DNA from: a virus
Reading direction: 5' to 3' (one strand)
Length of the DNA: 48,623 bases
Virus record (IMG/VR): IMGVR_UViG_3300020576_004942
Made by a program: the position numbers and the translations under genes. The notes under the pieces were generated by a model. That model did no database searches. It saw only the letters and a program-made list of their open reading frames with translations, and was not told where the DNA came from. How positions within the stretch are numbered: the first letter of the stretch is position 1; the number at the start of each line of letters is the position of its first letter. Below are positions 1-8,731 of this stretch, piece by piece.

Positions 1-443
1 TTCCGTATAATGGGTGAAGAGGTCCGGTTCTGGACAAACTCATTCTTAATCTAATCTCTTTACTTAACTTTTTCCCGTAGTTTCCGTTATTTTTACCACG
101 ATTAGCCAATCCTATTTTTCTCCTCGTCTCAGGAGTCATATCTACTTTTCCAGCAACAAAAGATTGATTGTAACACTTTTGTTTTTCGGTTCTTGCGATA
201 TTAAGATATTTTTGCTCAGTTAATAAAAGTTTTTCTTGGGATACGTTCTCTACAATAACCCACTCAAAATTATTCTTTCCGTATTTGTTCCATGCCTTTT
301 GAAGATGGTCATTAAAATGTTGATTGCGTTCTAAATCAAATCGGTGGTCGTTCCAGCGCCGGCCACAAATATTATTAGAACTTCCAATATAATAATTGTT
401 GTTGATTTTATTGATTATTTTGTAGATTCCGCTTATTTTCATA
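1..443 (-). pseudogene. GIY-YIG homing endonuclease gene, 3' end beyond window edge, apparently frameshifted in an A5/T5 run (plus 297-301)
   Basis: Minus-strand translation from ATG at 441-443 gives MKISGIYKIINKINNNYYIGSSNNICGRRWNDHRFDLERNQHFNDHL, which carries the GIY-YIG motifs and resembles the I-TevI N-terminus. The I-TevI-like continuation LQKAWNKYGKNNFEWVIVENV and NUMOD3-like repeats (TPETRRKIGLANRGK, GKKLSKEIRLRMSLSR) sit in the neighbouring frame and run stop-free to position 1. The original frame hits TAA about 10 codons past the T5 run. Confidence 0.6.
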
Positions 444-611
444 GTATTTTTTCAATGCTTCTTTTCGTTTTTGATCTGCGTTTTTCCAGTAATATCGCAT
501 TTGTCTCTCACGTCGAGCGATTAACTGCTCGTCTTTTGTTTTGTAAATAAGTTTTCTTCCCATGTACATAAATATCAGTTAAAAGTAGAAAAGAAGTAGA
601 AAAGATTAGTA

Positions 612-1049
612 TTGACATTCTTATATAGTGTGAGATACTGTACAAAGATGAACATCAAATTTGAGTGTTTTTGTGGACAACCAATAGAAGTCAATTCAAG
701 TTCGGAAGGACAGGAATTTCGTTGTCCTTATTGTGGAACTAAATTGGTTGTTCCTAGAATATCATCGTCTTTGTTTCCTCAGAATACTATTCATCCACCA
801 GTGTCAACTATAAATCAAGACCCTCCAAAAAAAGTAAAAGTTTTCTTACGACGGGATTTCGATGTCGGGTATTTATTGCTTTTGATTGGGCTAATTGTTA
901 TAGTTGGAAGTTTGGTTATGGAAACTTCTATTGAGACATCGTTTGGTAGTGTCAATAATCTTGGCCTGATGGCAGACCGGCAGAATGGATTAATTGTCGG
1001 ATTCGGGTCAATGGTCGTTGGATTATTGATGATAAATAACAAAAAATGA
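612..1049 (+). CDS. small membrane protein with N-terminal zinc-ribbon (CxC..CxxC) and C-terminal TM helices
   Basis: The ORF track gives 145 aa. It has an FECFCG...CPYCG motif and a hydrophobic stretch YLLLLIGLIVIVGSLV. Confidence 0.45.
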   Translation: MTFLYSVRYCTKMNIKFECFCGQPIEVNSSSEGQEFRCPYCGTKLVVPRISSSLFPQNTIHPPVSTINQDPPKKVKVFLRRDFDVGYLLLLIGLIVIVGSLVMETSIETSFGSVNNLGLMADRQNGLIVGFGSMVVGLLMINNKK

Positions 1050-1070
1050 AATATTTTCAACGAAAAATTT

Positions 1071-1208
1071 ATGAAAAATGTTAGAGTTTTAAATACTATC
1101 GTTGGTGTATTTTTTACGGTAACATTGATATGTTCAGTACTCCTTGAGTTACCGGATATCGGTTTAATATCATTTATAGGATTGTTGTTTGCTTATTTTT
1201 ATGACTGA
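1071..1208 (+). CDS. possible 45-aa single-pass membrane peptide
   Basis: Read by eye as ATG..TGA, 46 codons, with a hydrophobic core VGVFFTVTLICSVLL. It falls below the ORF-track length cutoff. Confidence 0.25.
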   Translation: MKNVRVLNTIVGVFFTVTLICSVLLELPDIGLISFIGLLFAYFYD

Positions 1209-1230
1209 TTAAATCAGAAAATTATAATTT

Positions 1231-1422
1231 ATGAAAAACTTTCTAATCGTAACGGCTTTAATTTTAGTCACGTTTGGGTTTGGGTTTGGTTGTTGGAAAT
1301 TGGAAAGGTGGACAAATTACAAATTTAGTTACCAATCACAGGTACAATCAGAATTACAACCACTAAAAGACAGAATTTCTGAACTGGAAAAGCGGGTTTA
1401 CCAACTGGAGAATTCAAAATGA
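1231..1422 (+). CDS. small TM + coiled-coil protein
   Basis: 63-aa ORF with N-terminal hydrophobic helix. Its stop overlaps the next start (ATGA). Confidence 0.4.
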   Translation: MKNFLIVTALILVTFGFGFGCWKLERWTNYKFSYQSQVQSELQPLKDRISELEKRVYQLENSK

Positions 1423-1607
1423 AACAACCAAAAATTACCGAATATCGCATTATTGAGGGTCACATCCATAACCTCGTCCCCACGATCAACCGCGCAATCA
1501 ATGAAGGTTGGCACCCTTTGGGCGCGCCATTTTTAAACGATTCGGTTGACCGGCTGACCGCCCAAGCGATGGTCAAATACGAAAAAGAGGAACCGGAAAA
1601 AGAATGA
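1419..1607 (+). CDS. small DUF1737-like protein (GWHPLGAPF motif), paralog 1
   Basis: 62 aa. It is a tandem paralog of 1604..1792, with shared motifs GW+P+GAPF and an EKEEPEKE C-terminus. Confidence 0.5.
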   Translation: MKQPKITEYRIIEGHIHNLVPTINRAINEGWHPLGAPFLNDSVDRLTAQAMVKYEKEEPEKE

Positions 1608-1792
1608 ATAAACCGAAAATTATAGGGTATTTTACTGCCTCCGGAACGTTGGAAGACATAGATAAAACCGTAAACCAAGCGCTGAAGGATGGTTGGCGCC
1701 CTTGGGGCGCCCCCTTTCTAATACCATCCCGTGATTACTTTATTGTTCAAGCCCTTGTTAAATGCGAAAAAGAGGAACCGGAAAAAGAATGA
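1604..1792 (+). CDS. small DUF1737-like protein, paralog 2
   Basis: 62 aa. It aligns with 1419..1607 along its full length, so this is a tandem duplication. Confidence 0.5.
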   Translation: MNKPKIIGYFTASGTLEDIDKTVNQALKDGWRPWGAPFLIPSRDYFIVQALVKCEKEEPEKE

Positions 1793-2127
1793 AAAAAATC
1801 TTACTATTTTTAGTCTTTACCATTTTGTTCTCCGTTACGATCCGGTCTGTTCAATCGGGTTCAGTAACCTTGGCGTGGGATGCCAGTCCAGATGCCAGCG
1901 TGACGGGCTATCGCATCTATTATGGTGTTGCCAGTAAAAACTACACCAATTCGGTTACGATTGGTAATGTTACGAACGTAACCCTTGTCGCATTGCGTCC
2001 CGGAGTCACCTACTGGTTCGCAGCCACGGCCGTCGATGGTTCAGGTCTTGAATCTGATTTCAGCAATGAGATTTCGTATCACATGCCTTTTCTCAATCCA
2101 ACCTTACTTAATGTCAGTCACCGATAA
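1789..2127 (+). CDS. secreted fibronectin type III-like domain protein
   Basis: ATG at 1789 (MKKILLFLVFTILFSV signal peptide) overlaps the upstream stop. The FN3 pattern is SVTLAWDASPDASVTGYRIYY...LRPGVTYWFAATAVDGSGLESDFS. Confidence 0.55.
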   Translation: MKKILLFLVFTILFSVTIRSVQSGSVTLAWDASPDASVTGYRIYYGVASKNYTNSVTIGNVTNVTLVALRPGVTYWFAATAVDGSGLESDFSNEISYHMPFLNPTLLNVSHR

Positions 2128-2166
2128 TGGTTGACAAAATTTAAAACCCTGATAGTATATTAAATA

Positions 2167-2763
2167 ATGAATAACGAATCAATTCCAGTTTACATCGCCC
2201 TTGATGCCGAAATGGGTGGTATCGATCTCAAGTACAGTCTTCTTCAGGTATATTTGGCCGTATTGGATAATAATCTGATGCTGTTGGATGATCTGAAGTT
2301 AGAACTGAAGCCGGATGATGGCGTCTATATCGTGTCCGGCGGAGGTATGGCCGTCAATAAAATTGATCTGGCCAAGCACGATCAAATCGCCGTTACTTAT
2401 TCCGCAGGGCGTTCATTGTTGGGAGAATTTCTCCGCCGCACCACGAAGGCAAGTCAATACAAACTTCGCGCGCTCGGCCACAATGTCAGCGGCGACATTC
2501 GGTTTGTATGGGACAAGATTTATCGCCGGGAAAAATGGGAATCTTATGTCTCCTATCGTCAGGTGGATACCGCAACCATTTGTCAATTCTTAAAAGATAA
2601 AGGTTCAATTCCCGCTTCCGTTGATGGGCCCGAAGGCGTGAGCGGCAGCCTGATGTCCCTGGTTCGCTATTTTGGAATCCCTTATCAGGAAGACAATCTC
2701 CACGACGCTAAAGTTGACACGCTACTGACCGTAGAAGTGTACAAAAAAATGTTACGGCTCTGA
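2167..2763 (+). CDS. DEDDh-type 3'-5' exonuclease (DnaQ/RNase T-like)
   Basis: Exo I is ALDAEMGG (DxE), Exo II is GHNVSGDIRFVWD, and Exo III is HDAKVD (HxAxxD). Confidence 0.55.
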   Translation: MNNESIPVYIALDAEMGGIDLKYSLLQVYLAVLDNNLMLLDDLKLELKPDDGVYIVSGGGMAVNKIDLAKHDQIAVTYSAGRSLLGEFLRRTTKASQYKLRALGHNVSGDIRFVWDKIYRREKWESYVSYRQVDTATICQFLKDKGSIPASVDGPEGVSGSLMSLVRYFGIPYQEDNLHDAKVDTLLTVEVYKKMLRL

Positions 2764-2786
2764 CCGTTAAACAGACCCCACCCAGA

Positions 2787-2816
2787 CCCCTCCCCTCAAA
2801 AGGAGGGGTTTTTCTT
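2787..2816 (+). terminator. rho-independent terminator
   Basis: Stem CCCCTCC (2787-2793) pairs with GGAGGGG (2802-2808), followed by TTTTT. Confidence 0.65.
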
Positions 2817-2909
2817 GCGAATGTATAATAATTTGTAATTTGGTTAGTTTTGGTGTATACTTACACCTGTAGAGGACGTATTTCAATCAACAAATAATCA
2901 AGGAATTTT

Positions 2910-3260
2910 ATGATAGGCAAAGCAATTTATTATGGCCCCGGCGGCCACGGCGGCGGTGGTAAAGATGATAAGGATGACAAAAGAGGTAAACCTGAGAAAG
3001 ATACAAAAAAATATACCGTTACGGTATATGTTTATTCTGGCGGTGGTTATAACGATCCCGCAATGGCCACGGCATTACCCTCTTTTGTAGTTGAGGTTCG
3101 TGTGCGTCCCCGGGAATACTTTTCGGAAGCGGATATAGACAAGATGAATCAGAACATCATTGATAATGGTTTCATTTACATTGACCCGAAAACAAAAATT
3201 CGGACAAGTTATCCACCGAATCGCATCTCCCACATTGAATCTGAGCCGGGAGTTAATTAA
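2910..3260 (+). CDS. hypothetical protein with Gly-rich/Lys-Asp-rich N-terminus
   Basis: 116-aa ORF with an AAGGAA SD 8 nt upstream and a GPGGHGGGGKDDKDDKRGK region. Confidence 0.45.
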   Translation: MIGKAIYYGPGGHGGGGKDDKDDKRGKPEKDTKKYTVTVYVYSGGGYNDPAMATALPSFVVEVRVRPREYFSEADIDKMNQNIIDNGFIYIDPKTKIRTSYPPNRISHIESEPGVN

Positions 3261-3265
3261 AAATT

Positions 3266-3604
3266 ATGTTTGCCACCTCCAATTTTGAACAAATAAACCA
3301 ACAAACCTCTGTGGAATCCAAAACAGCGGCTAATCAGATTTGTGAATGTTTGGAAGACCTTGGGTTTACTAGGGAAGAACCGATCAGTAAACGGGAATTA
3401 GAACGGTTAATCTCTGGAATTATCCAGAGTCATCAGGGCAAATTACCGGTGGTGATTGAGGGTGGTCAGCCCGGAATAGATTTGGAACAGATAGAATTTG
3501 TTGAAACGCCAACTGATGTCGTTCAAAAAGCAATCGATGAACTCACCGGTCAGGGTTATAAATGTTCTTGTGGGTGTGGTTTTATCATTTGCGCAGAGGA
3601 ATAA
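3266..3604 (+). CDS. hypothetical protein
   Basis: 112-aa ORF, collinear, with a C-terminal CSCGCG motif. Confidence 0.4.
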   Translation: MFATSNFEQINQQTSVESKTAANQICECLEDLGFTREEPISKRELERLISGIIQSHQGKLPVVIEGGQPGIDLEQIEFVETPTDVVQKAIDELTGQGYKCSCGCGFIICAEE

Positions 3605-3607
3605 GTT

Positions 3608-4297
3608 ATGAATAAGTTGCTAGATGATTATCTTTGTAAGAAATATCCCAAAATCTTTGCGGACCGCAAAAAACCAATGAACCAGACAGCAATGTGTTGG
3701 GGCTTTGATTGTGAAGATGGTTGGTTTTTGTTGATTGATGGGTTGTGCGCCGCGATTCAGTCTCACGTTGACAATGCCCCCTGGAAACCGGAAAAATCAT
3801 TACGCAATTGGTTTGGGAATTTGTGGAATAAAACCGTGGGGAATTGGGTGCTTTATCCCGCCGCCAATAAATTTTTGAAATATGACAATTATCAAAAAGT
3901 TTCTTCACTCTGTTCCTATACCACACGATACGTTCCTGCGCCCATCCCTCAGGTGGTGGCAAGACAGGTCAAAGAGAAGTTTGGCTCCTTGCGGTTTTAT
4001 GTCAGCGGCAGTGATGATACGGTAGATGGAATCATCCGGCTGGCGGAAGTAATGTCCGTGCGTATCTGTGAAAAGTGTGGCGCATTGAATGAGTTAGTCA
4101 CCCTGGCCGGTCAAGGTTGGATACAAACCACTTGCTCCGCATGTACCCAGAATAAAAACCGAAAGAATCACGAAGAAAATTTGGATCCCGAATTGATCAA
4201 TATTTTCAAACAAATACGGCAGGAGAAAGTTTTGACGCGGCGGGAAAAAACGGCCCAAGTATTGAAACAAATTGAAGAAATTAAAAATTACAAATAA
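3608..4297 (+). CDS. hypothetical protein with C-terminal zinc ribbon
   Basis: 229 aa with CEKCG...CSAC near the C-terminus. Confidence 0.45.
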   Translation: MNKLLDDYLCKKYPKIFADRKKPMNQTAMCWGFDCEDGWFLLIDGLCAAIQSHVDNAPWKPEKSLRNWFGNLWNKTVGNWVLYPAANKFLKYDNYQKVSSLCSYTTRYVPAPIPQVVARQVKEKFGSLRFYVSGSDDTVDGIIRLAEVMSVRICEKCGALNELVTLAGQGWIQTTCSACTQNKNRKNHEENLDPELINIFKQIRQEKVLTRREKTAQVLKQIEEIKNYK

Positions 4298-4303
4298 ACC
4301 ACC

Positions 4304-4834
4304 ATGTCCACGATTTTTCTGTCTGAACTTGTTGTGAAGAAAGATAAAAGTAGAAAAAAAGCGTTCGGGATCGTCGCTTATTTGCGCGACCCATTGCGCA
4401 TTCTCCTTGCGCATCCTGGAGGCCCCGAACACACTCACCTTAATCGTGGTTATTGGTCTATCCCCAAAGGCGGAGAACATAATGACACGGGGTGGCAAGC
4501 GGCCGTCCGGGAATTTAAGGAAGAAACCAATCTTGATTTACCCCCAGGGGCAAAGGAGAAAAACTCTCTATACCTGGAAACCATCACGCAGCGCAGTGGT
4601 AAAATAGTTACGGCGTGGGGAGTGGAAATGGAAAACGATGATATTTCCAATTTTAAAAGCAATCTATTTAAAATGGTTTGGCCGCCTGCGCCCAATGGGA
4701 CAGAACAACATTTCCCTGAAATGGATGAAGTGAGGTGGTTTACTTACCAACAGGCCACACGTTATATTCGTTATAGCCAACTGCCTTTTCTTGTCCGTTT
4801 AAAACATCAAATTTATGACCAATCAACCCATTAA
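4304..4834 (+). CDS. Nudix hydrolase
   Basis: The Nudix box variant GGEHNDTGWQAAVREFKEETNL has the REuxEE core. Confidence 0.55.
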   Translation: MSTIFLSELVVKKDKSRKKAFGIVAYLRDPLRILLAHPGGPEHTHLNRGYWSIPKGGEHNDTGWQAAVREFKEETNLDLPPGAKEKNSLYLETITQRSGKIVTAWGVEMENDDISNFKSNLFKMVWPPAPNGTEQHFPEMDEVRWFTYQQATRYIRYSQLPFLVRLKHQIYDQSTH

Positions 4835-5081
4835 AAAAGAAGCCAACGAACAGGATTGGCTCAATTCCATCCGGCAAGTGTTTACTTGGGCTAAAAAACA
4901 AAAACCATCGCAGATTGCGCAGAGTGAAATCGAATCCTTGCTGCTGGGTTTGCGCGGTCAAACGACTAATCCGCTTTATCCGAAACAACTCACCCCGGCG
5001 GGCAAAAAAGCGGAACAGATGCTTCAAGGTTATTTAGATGTTATGAAGACGAAAAAGAAACGGTTCTTGCCCATAAAATAA
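4815..5081 (+). CDS. hypothetical basic protein
   Basis: 88-aa ORF overlapping the upstream end in another frame. Confidence 0.35.
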   Translation: MTNQPIKKEANEQDWLNSIRQVFTWAKKQKPSQIAQSEIESLLLGLRGQTTNPLYPKQLTPAGKKAEQMLQGYLDVMKTKKKRFLPIK

Positions 5082-5084
5082 GGC

Positions 5085-5112
5085 TTGACTTTTTATATAT
5101 TCGTGAGATAAT
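5085..5112 (+). promoter_or_regulatory. sigma70-like promoter (motif family) with inverted repeat around -10
   Basis: TTGACT (5085-5090), 16-nt spacer, then TGAGATAAT. The inverted repeat CGTGAG (5102-5107) / CTCACG (5116-5121) brackets the -10. ATG follows at 5122, giving a near-leaderless transcript. Confidence 0.5.
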
Positions 5113-5121
5113 GTACTCACG

Positions 5122-5526
5122 ATGAAGATTAAATCAATTGACCGCACAACGGCTCGGCAAATCTCCGCCGACATTAACACCGCAATTCAATCCGTGGCTA
5201 CCAAGTATGGTATTTCCTTAAAAGATAAGGGCTGCCGCTTCAGTGCCACTAATGCTACCTTCAAAATTGAAGCGGCTTTGATTGGGGCAGGCGGCGTAGT
5301 TGTTTCCCGTGAAAGAGATGATTATAAACTTTATGGTTTCATGTACAACCTCAACCCCTCTTGGTTGGACAAATCATTTAATCACGGCTCAGACGCATTT
5401 ACAATAATTGGCCTATCCACTCGCAAGCGGAAGAATCCGGTTCTAGCCAAGAGCGCCAAAAACGGTAAAACCTACATTTTCCCGGCTAACCTGGTCAAGA
5501 CCTTGATGGAAGCAGAGAATAAGTGA
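5122..5526 (+). CDS. hypothetical protein
   Basis: 134-aa ORF directly downstream of the promoter. Confidence 0.5.
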   Translation: MKIKSIDRTTARQISADINTAIQSVATKYGISLKDKGCRFSATNATFKIEAALIGAGGVVVSRERDDYKLYGFMYNLNPSWLDKSFNHGSDAFTIIGLSTRKRKNPVLAKSAKNGKTYIFPANLVKTLMEAENK

Positions 5527-5527
5527 T

Positions 5528-5686
5528 ATGACAATGACATACGAAGAATGGAAACAAAAGCGGGCGGCTAATAAACAGGTAGGCGACTACCTTGAAAAAG
5601 CCCGACAAGCCAAGTTTGCGGAAGAACAGTCCAAAGAATCGGTATTTACAAGGCCGGTGAAATCAATCGTGGATGTTGATAACTAA
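5528..5686 (+). CDS. possible small protein (52 aa)
   Basis: ATG overlaps the upstream stop (TGATATG) and the ORF fills the gap to the next gene exactly. It is below the track cutoff. Confidence 0.3.
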   Translation: MTMTYEEWKQKRAANKQVGDYLEKARQAKFAEEQSKESVFTRPVKSIVDVDN

Positions 5687-5917
5687 ATGAAAATTATCGC
5701 CGAGTTGGATGGGTTCGAAACCGAAGCCTTATTTGATATTATTGAACGGGAAATTATCAAGAATAGAGAGGAAGCAAGACTGAGCCATTTGGCAAAAGAA
5801 ATTTCCGACTCACGACTTGACTGGCACTTGGGCCACGCTGAGTTCCTCTCCGGCATCAAAACCAAACTGCTTAACGAACACACAAAAGCAACCCAGTATT
5901 TAAAAAGAAAAAATTAA
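5687..5917 (+). CDS. hypothetical protein
   Basis: 76-aa acidic ORF. Confidence 0.4.
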   Translation: MKIIAELDGFETEALFDIIEREIIKNREEARLSHLAKEISDSRLDWHLGHAEFLSGIKTKLLNEHTKATQYLKRKN

Positions 5918-5920
5918 ATT

Positions 5921-6166
5921 ATGAAAATTAAACTATTAACCCTAATATCCATCTGTGGAATGCTCGTTGGTTGCGCCGGTAATAATCCAGTGGCTTGTCA
6001 GAGTGAAGTCGCCAAAGAGTTTCCGGAAGGAGAAATCCAAGGCATTCCTGGCTGCAATTATAAATTCCTGGTTCGGGATACCAACAGCAGCATTTGGTAT
6101 GTTGAGAATCTGAACCTGAACGATTCGAAAATCAGTGGAAAAGTCCTCCTTTTTAAAGGAAAATAA
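5921..6166 (+). CDS. lipoprotein
   Basis: Signal peptide plus lipobox, MKIKLLTLISICGMLVGC. Confidence 0.55.
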   Translation: MKIKLLTLISICGMLVGCAGNNPVACQSEVAKEFPEGEIQGIPGCNYKFLVRDTNSSIWYVENLNLNDSKISGKVLLFKGK

Positions 6167-6174
6167 ATAAAGGC

Positions 6175-6202
6175 TTGACTTGTTATAAAATGCCTGTATA
6201 AT
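6175..6202 (+). promoter_or_regulatory. sigma70-like promoter
   Basis: TTGACT (6175-6180), 16 nt, TGTATAAT (6195-6202). It shares the AATAAGGCTTGACT upstream context with the 5085 promoter. Confidence 0.5.
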
Positions 6203-6226
6203 GTACCCATAATCAAAAAACGCTAA

Positions 6227-8683
6227 ATGATACCTATCCAATCAGCCGACCGGGTCGTCACCCAAAATTCCAATGTTGGTCGTTCGATGAACTACCGACT
6301 GGACGCACGCAATCTTCGCCACATCGTCACGATGTTGCGGGATAGTGTTTATTCCAACAAAATTCTCGCGGTTATTCGTGAGTATTCAACCAATGCGCTT
6401 GATGCGCATACTGCCGCTGAGGAAGCGGGTATGATCGGCCGGAGGACACTTCCGATTGAAGTTCACCTCCCCACCAAATTTTCATCCGAATTGCGCATCC
6501 GCGACTTCGGCCTTGGGCTCACTGAACAGGAGATTGAAGAAATTTATATCAGTCTGGGTGAATCAACCAAACGCCAAAGCAATAAATTCGTCGGTTCACT
6601 TGGGTTCGGTAGTAAAAGCGCCTTCGCCTATGGTGATCGTTTCGTCATTACCTCTTGGAATTCAGGTCGCAAGGTGGTTTACGACAATGTTCTGGACGAC
6701 AATGTTCCGGAAGGTGCGCGCTGCGACATTATGGCTTCTGCGCCTTGTGCCCCGGACGAATCCGGCATTGAAATCTGTATCCCCATCAAACAACACGAAA
6801 TTTCTGAGTGTAAGCAAATTGCGCTCAATTTTTTCAAATATTGGACGACGTTTCCCACGTTGACGGGGGCAGACGCAGTTGAAATCAGTGAGGCCCTGGC
6901 GTTCAAAAAGAACAAGTCTATTTTCTCCGGCGAGAACTGGATCATCTATCCCACGACTAATAGTTACGGTTCGTCCAACAACAAGGGCATTGCGTTGATG
7001 GGCGATGTTCCCTATTCGTTGGACTGGGAATTAATCAAACGCAAACTGGTCACGGCGGGAACCATTAATTCCACCACCGCAGTTTTGTTCAATTTCATTC
7101 AGGCTAACAATGCCATTCTTACCTTTGATATTGGCCAATTGGAATTCTCCGTGTCCCGGGAATCCCTCCAATACACCGACTTTACTTGTCAGGCCATTTT
7201 TAAACGGGTAGAAACGATCCTCACCAGCATTCAGAAAATTATTGAAAAAGTCATTGCCGAAGCGGATACGATTTGGGAAGCCAAACGCCTATACGGGGTT
7301 ATTTTCAATTGTGGTTATGAATTGGGTGGAGAAAAGAGTGAATTCGGCGGCGAACTGCGTTTGCTTGAACCATATTTCAAGGGCCGGTTGAAGTGGAAAA
7401 ACATCTTGGTGGACAGTCAGTCATTTTCGGGAGTTCATAACTGGGAAGTGGATAAGGGTAAGACGGGAACCACTACTGACTCCTATCGGACTTACGACGA
7501 AAACTACCACGGAATTATGACTACTTTCCACGATGATCGTGGCAAGTTGCGTCAGGGATCACGTCGTTACCGCCGGCGCCGCAGTTATTATAGTGCGGAA
7601 GGCGTCATCACGCCTTCGAAGACCTCCGTGGTGTTGATTAACGACCTGGACAAGCCGCATGGATTTTTGACCATTGTGCGTTACCTTGTTCAACGGGGTG
7701 ACAGCTCAGCCATTAAACGGGTATACGCTTTGAAATTTGGTAAATCCGAAGTCAAGGACGCATTCTATAAAGAATATAATTTTGATACCGTCCCGGTTAC
7801 GTATGCTTCAGCCTTGTTGGAAACGGCTAAGAAATGGTATGCGACGATCAAGCCCTCTGCCACCCGCAACGGAGGCGCTCCGACTGGACCTTTGCCCGTT
7901 CGTTCTTTTTCTCGGGATGTCAATGGTAACAAGAAATTTACCAACCGACACTGGTCCAAACGGGATATTCTACTCAAGGAACTTAAAAAGGTGACTTATT
8001 ATGTTCCGGTGGACGGCGACTCAATCTTGACGGGCCGAGCGAATCGGTCCATCATTGAACCGTATCATTTCACGGAACATATCGTGGCGCTGGATAATCA
8101 CACCGATTGGTTCAAGGACATCGACGTAATTTATGGTATTCTACCCCGCACGGTAAAATCTAAATGGTTTACGGCCGCAGCCAAGGCCGGGCGCTTTATC
8201 AATCTATTCGATTATCTGAATAAGCAAGTATCAGCCATTGATCTAGCCAATCTTGCGGAAGCCCGGGCATATAAAGAATACACAAACCGCGTTTCAGGTT
8301 ATGTCGTGGATACTTTCATCATCAGTAAGGATTTTGCGACAAAATTACTCCCAAATTTGAAATTTAAGGACGGAGTTATTTATCCACTATGTCAGGCCTT
8401 TGCCGCTAGCCATTCGCAATTGCTTCCGGTGGATACGACCATTCAACAGCTGGGTTTTGTTATTACTATTCCTCCGGAAACCAAGGCAAAGACGGATTAT
8501 CGGGCTTTAGCCAAGGCCGCGAACACGGAATATCCGCTTATGAATTTGATTGGTGTTCACGTTTTCAATCGGAGTAGCACTCTGGACTCTAAGATGATTC
8601 AGGAAATAGCCCATTACATTAATCTGGTTGACGCTGACAAGGGATGTAAAAAGAAAATCTCCGTCGTTGACAAGGCTATTTAA
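6227..8683 (+). CDS. rIIA: GHKL (histidine kinase-like/Bergerat fold) ATPase domain protein, rIIA-like
   Basis: N-box EYSTNALDA (ExxxNAxDA), G1 box RDFGLGL (DxGxG) and G2 box GSLGFGSKSAF (GxxGxG) sit in the first 140 aa of an 818-aa protein. The size and the downstream partner gene match the phage rIIA/rIIB arrangement. Confidence 0.5.
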   Translation: MIPIQSADRVVTQNSNVGRSMNYRLDARNLRHIVTMLRDSVYSNKILAVIREYSTNALDAHTAAEEAGMIGRRTLPIEVHLPTKFSSELRIRDFGLGLTEQEIEEIYISLGESTKRQSNKFVGSLGFGSKSAFAYGDRFVITSWNSGRKVVYDNVLDDNVPEGARCDIMASAPCAPDESGIEICIPIKQHEISECKQIALNFFKYWTTFPTLTGADAVEISEALAFKKNKSIFSGENWIIYPTTNSYGSSNNKGIALMGDVPYSLDWELIKRKLVTAGTINSTTAVLFNFIQANNAILTFDIGQLEFSVSRESLQYTDFTCQAIFKRVETILTSIQKIIEKVIAEADTIWEAKRLYGVIFNCGYELGGEKSEFGGELRLLEPYFKGRLKWKNILVDSQSFSGVHNWEVDKGKTGTTTDSYRTYDENYHGIMTTFHDDRGKLRQGSRRYRRRRSYYSAEGVITPSKTSVVLINDLDKPHGFLTIVRYLVQRGDSSAIKRVYALKFGKSEVKDAFYKEYNFDTVPVTYASALLETAKKWYATIKPSATRNGGAPTGPLPVRSFSRDVNGNKKFTNRHWSKRDILLKELKKVTYYVPVDGDSILTGRANRSIIEPYHFTEHIVALDNHTDWFKDIDVIYGILPRTVKSKWFTAAAKAGRFINLFDYLNKQVSAIDLANLAEARAYKEYTNRVSGYVVDTFIISKDFATKLLPNLKFKDGVIYPLCQAFAASHSQLLPVDTTIQQLGFVITIPPETKAKTDYRALAKAANTEYPLMNLIGVHVFNRSSTLDSKMIQEIAHYINLVDADKGCKKKISVVDKAI

Positions 8684-8731
8684 AGCTGGTACAATTAAAC
8701 ACACAACTGGTAAAACAACAAAAAACATACA

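Noticed and set aside
344-550. 68-aa plus-strand ORF
   Set aside because: Antisense to the GIY-YIG homing endonuclease N-terminus.
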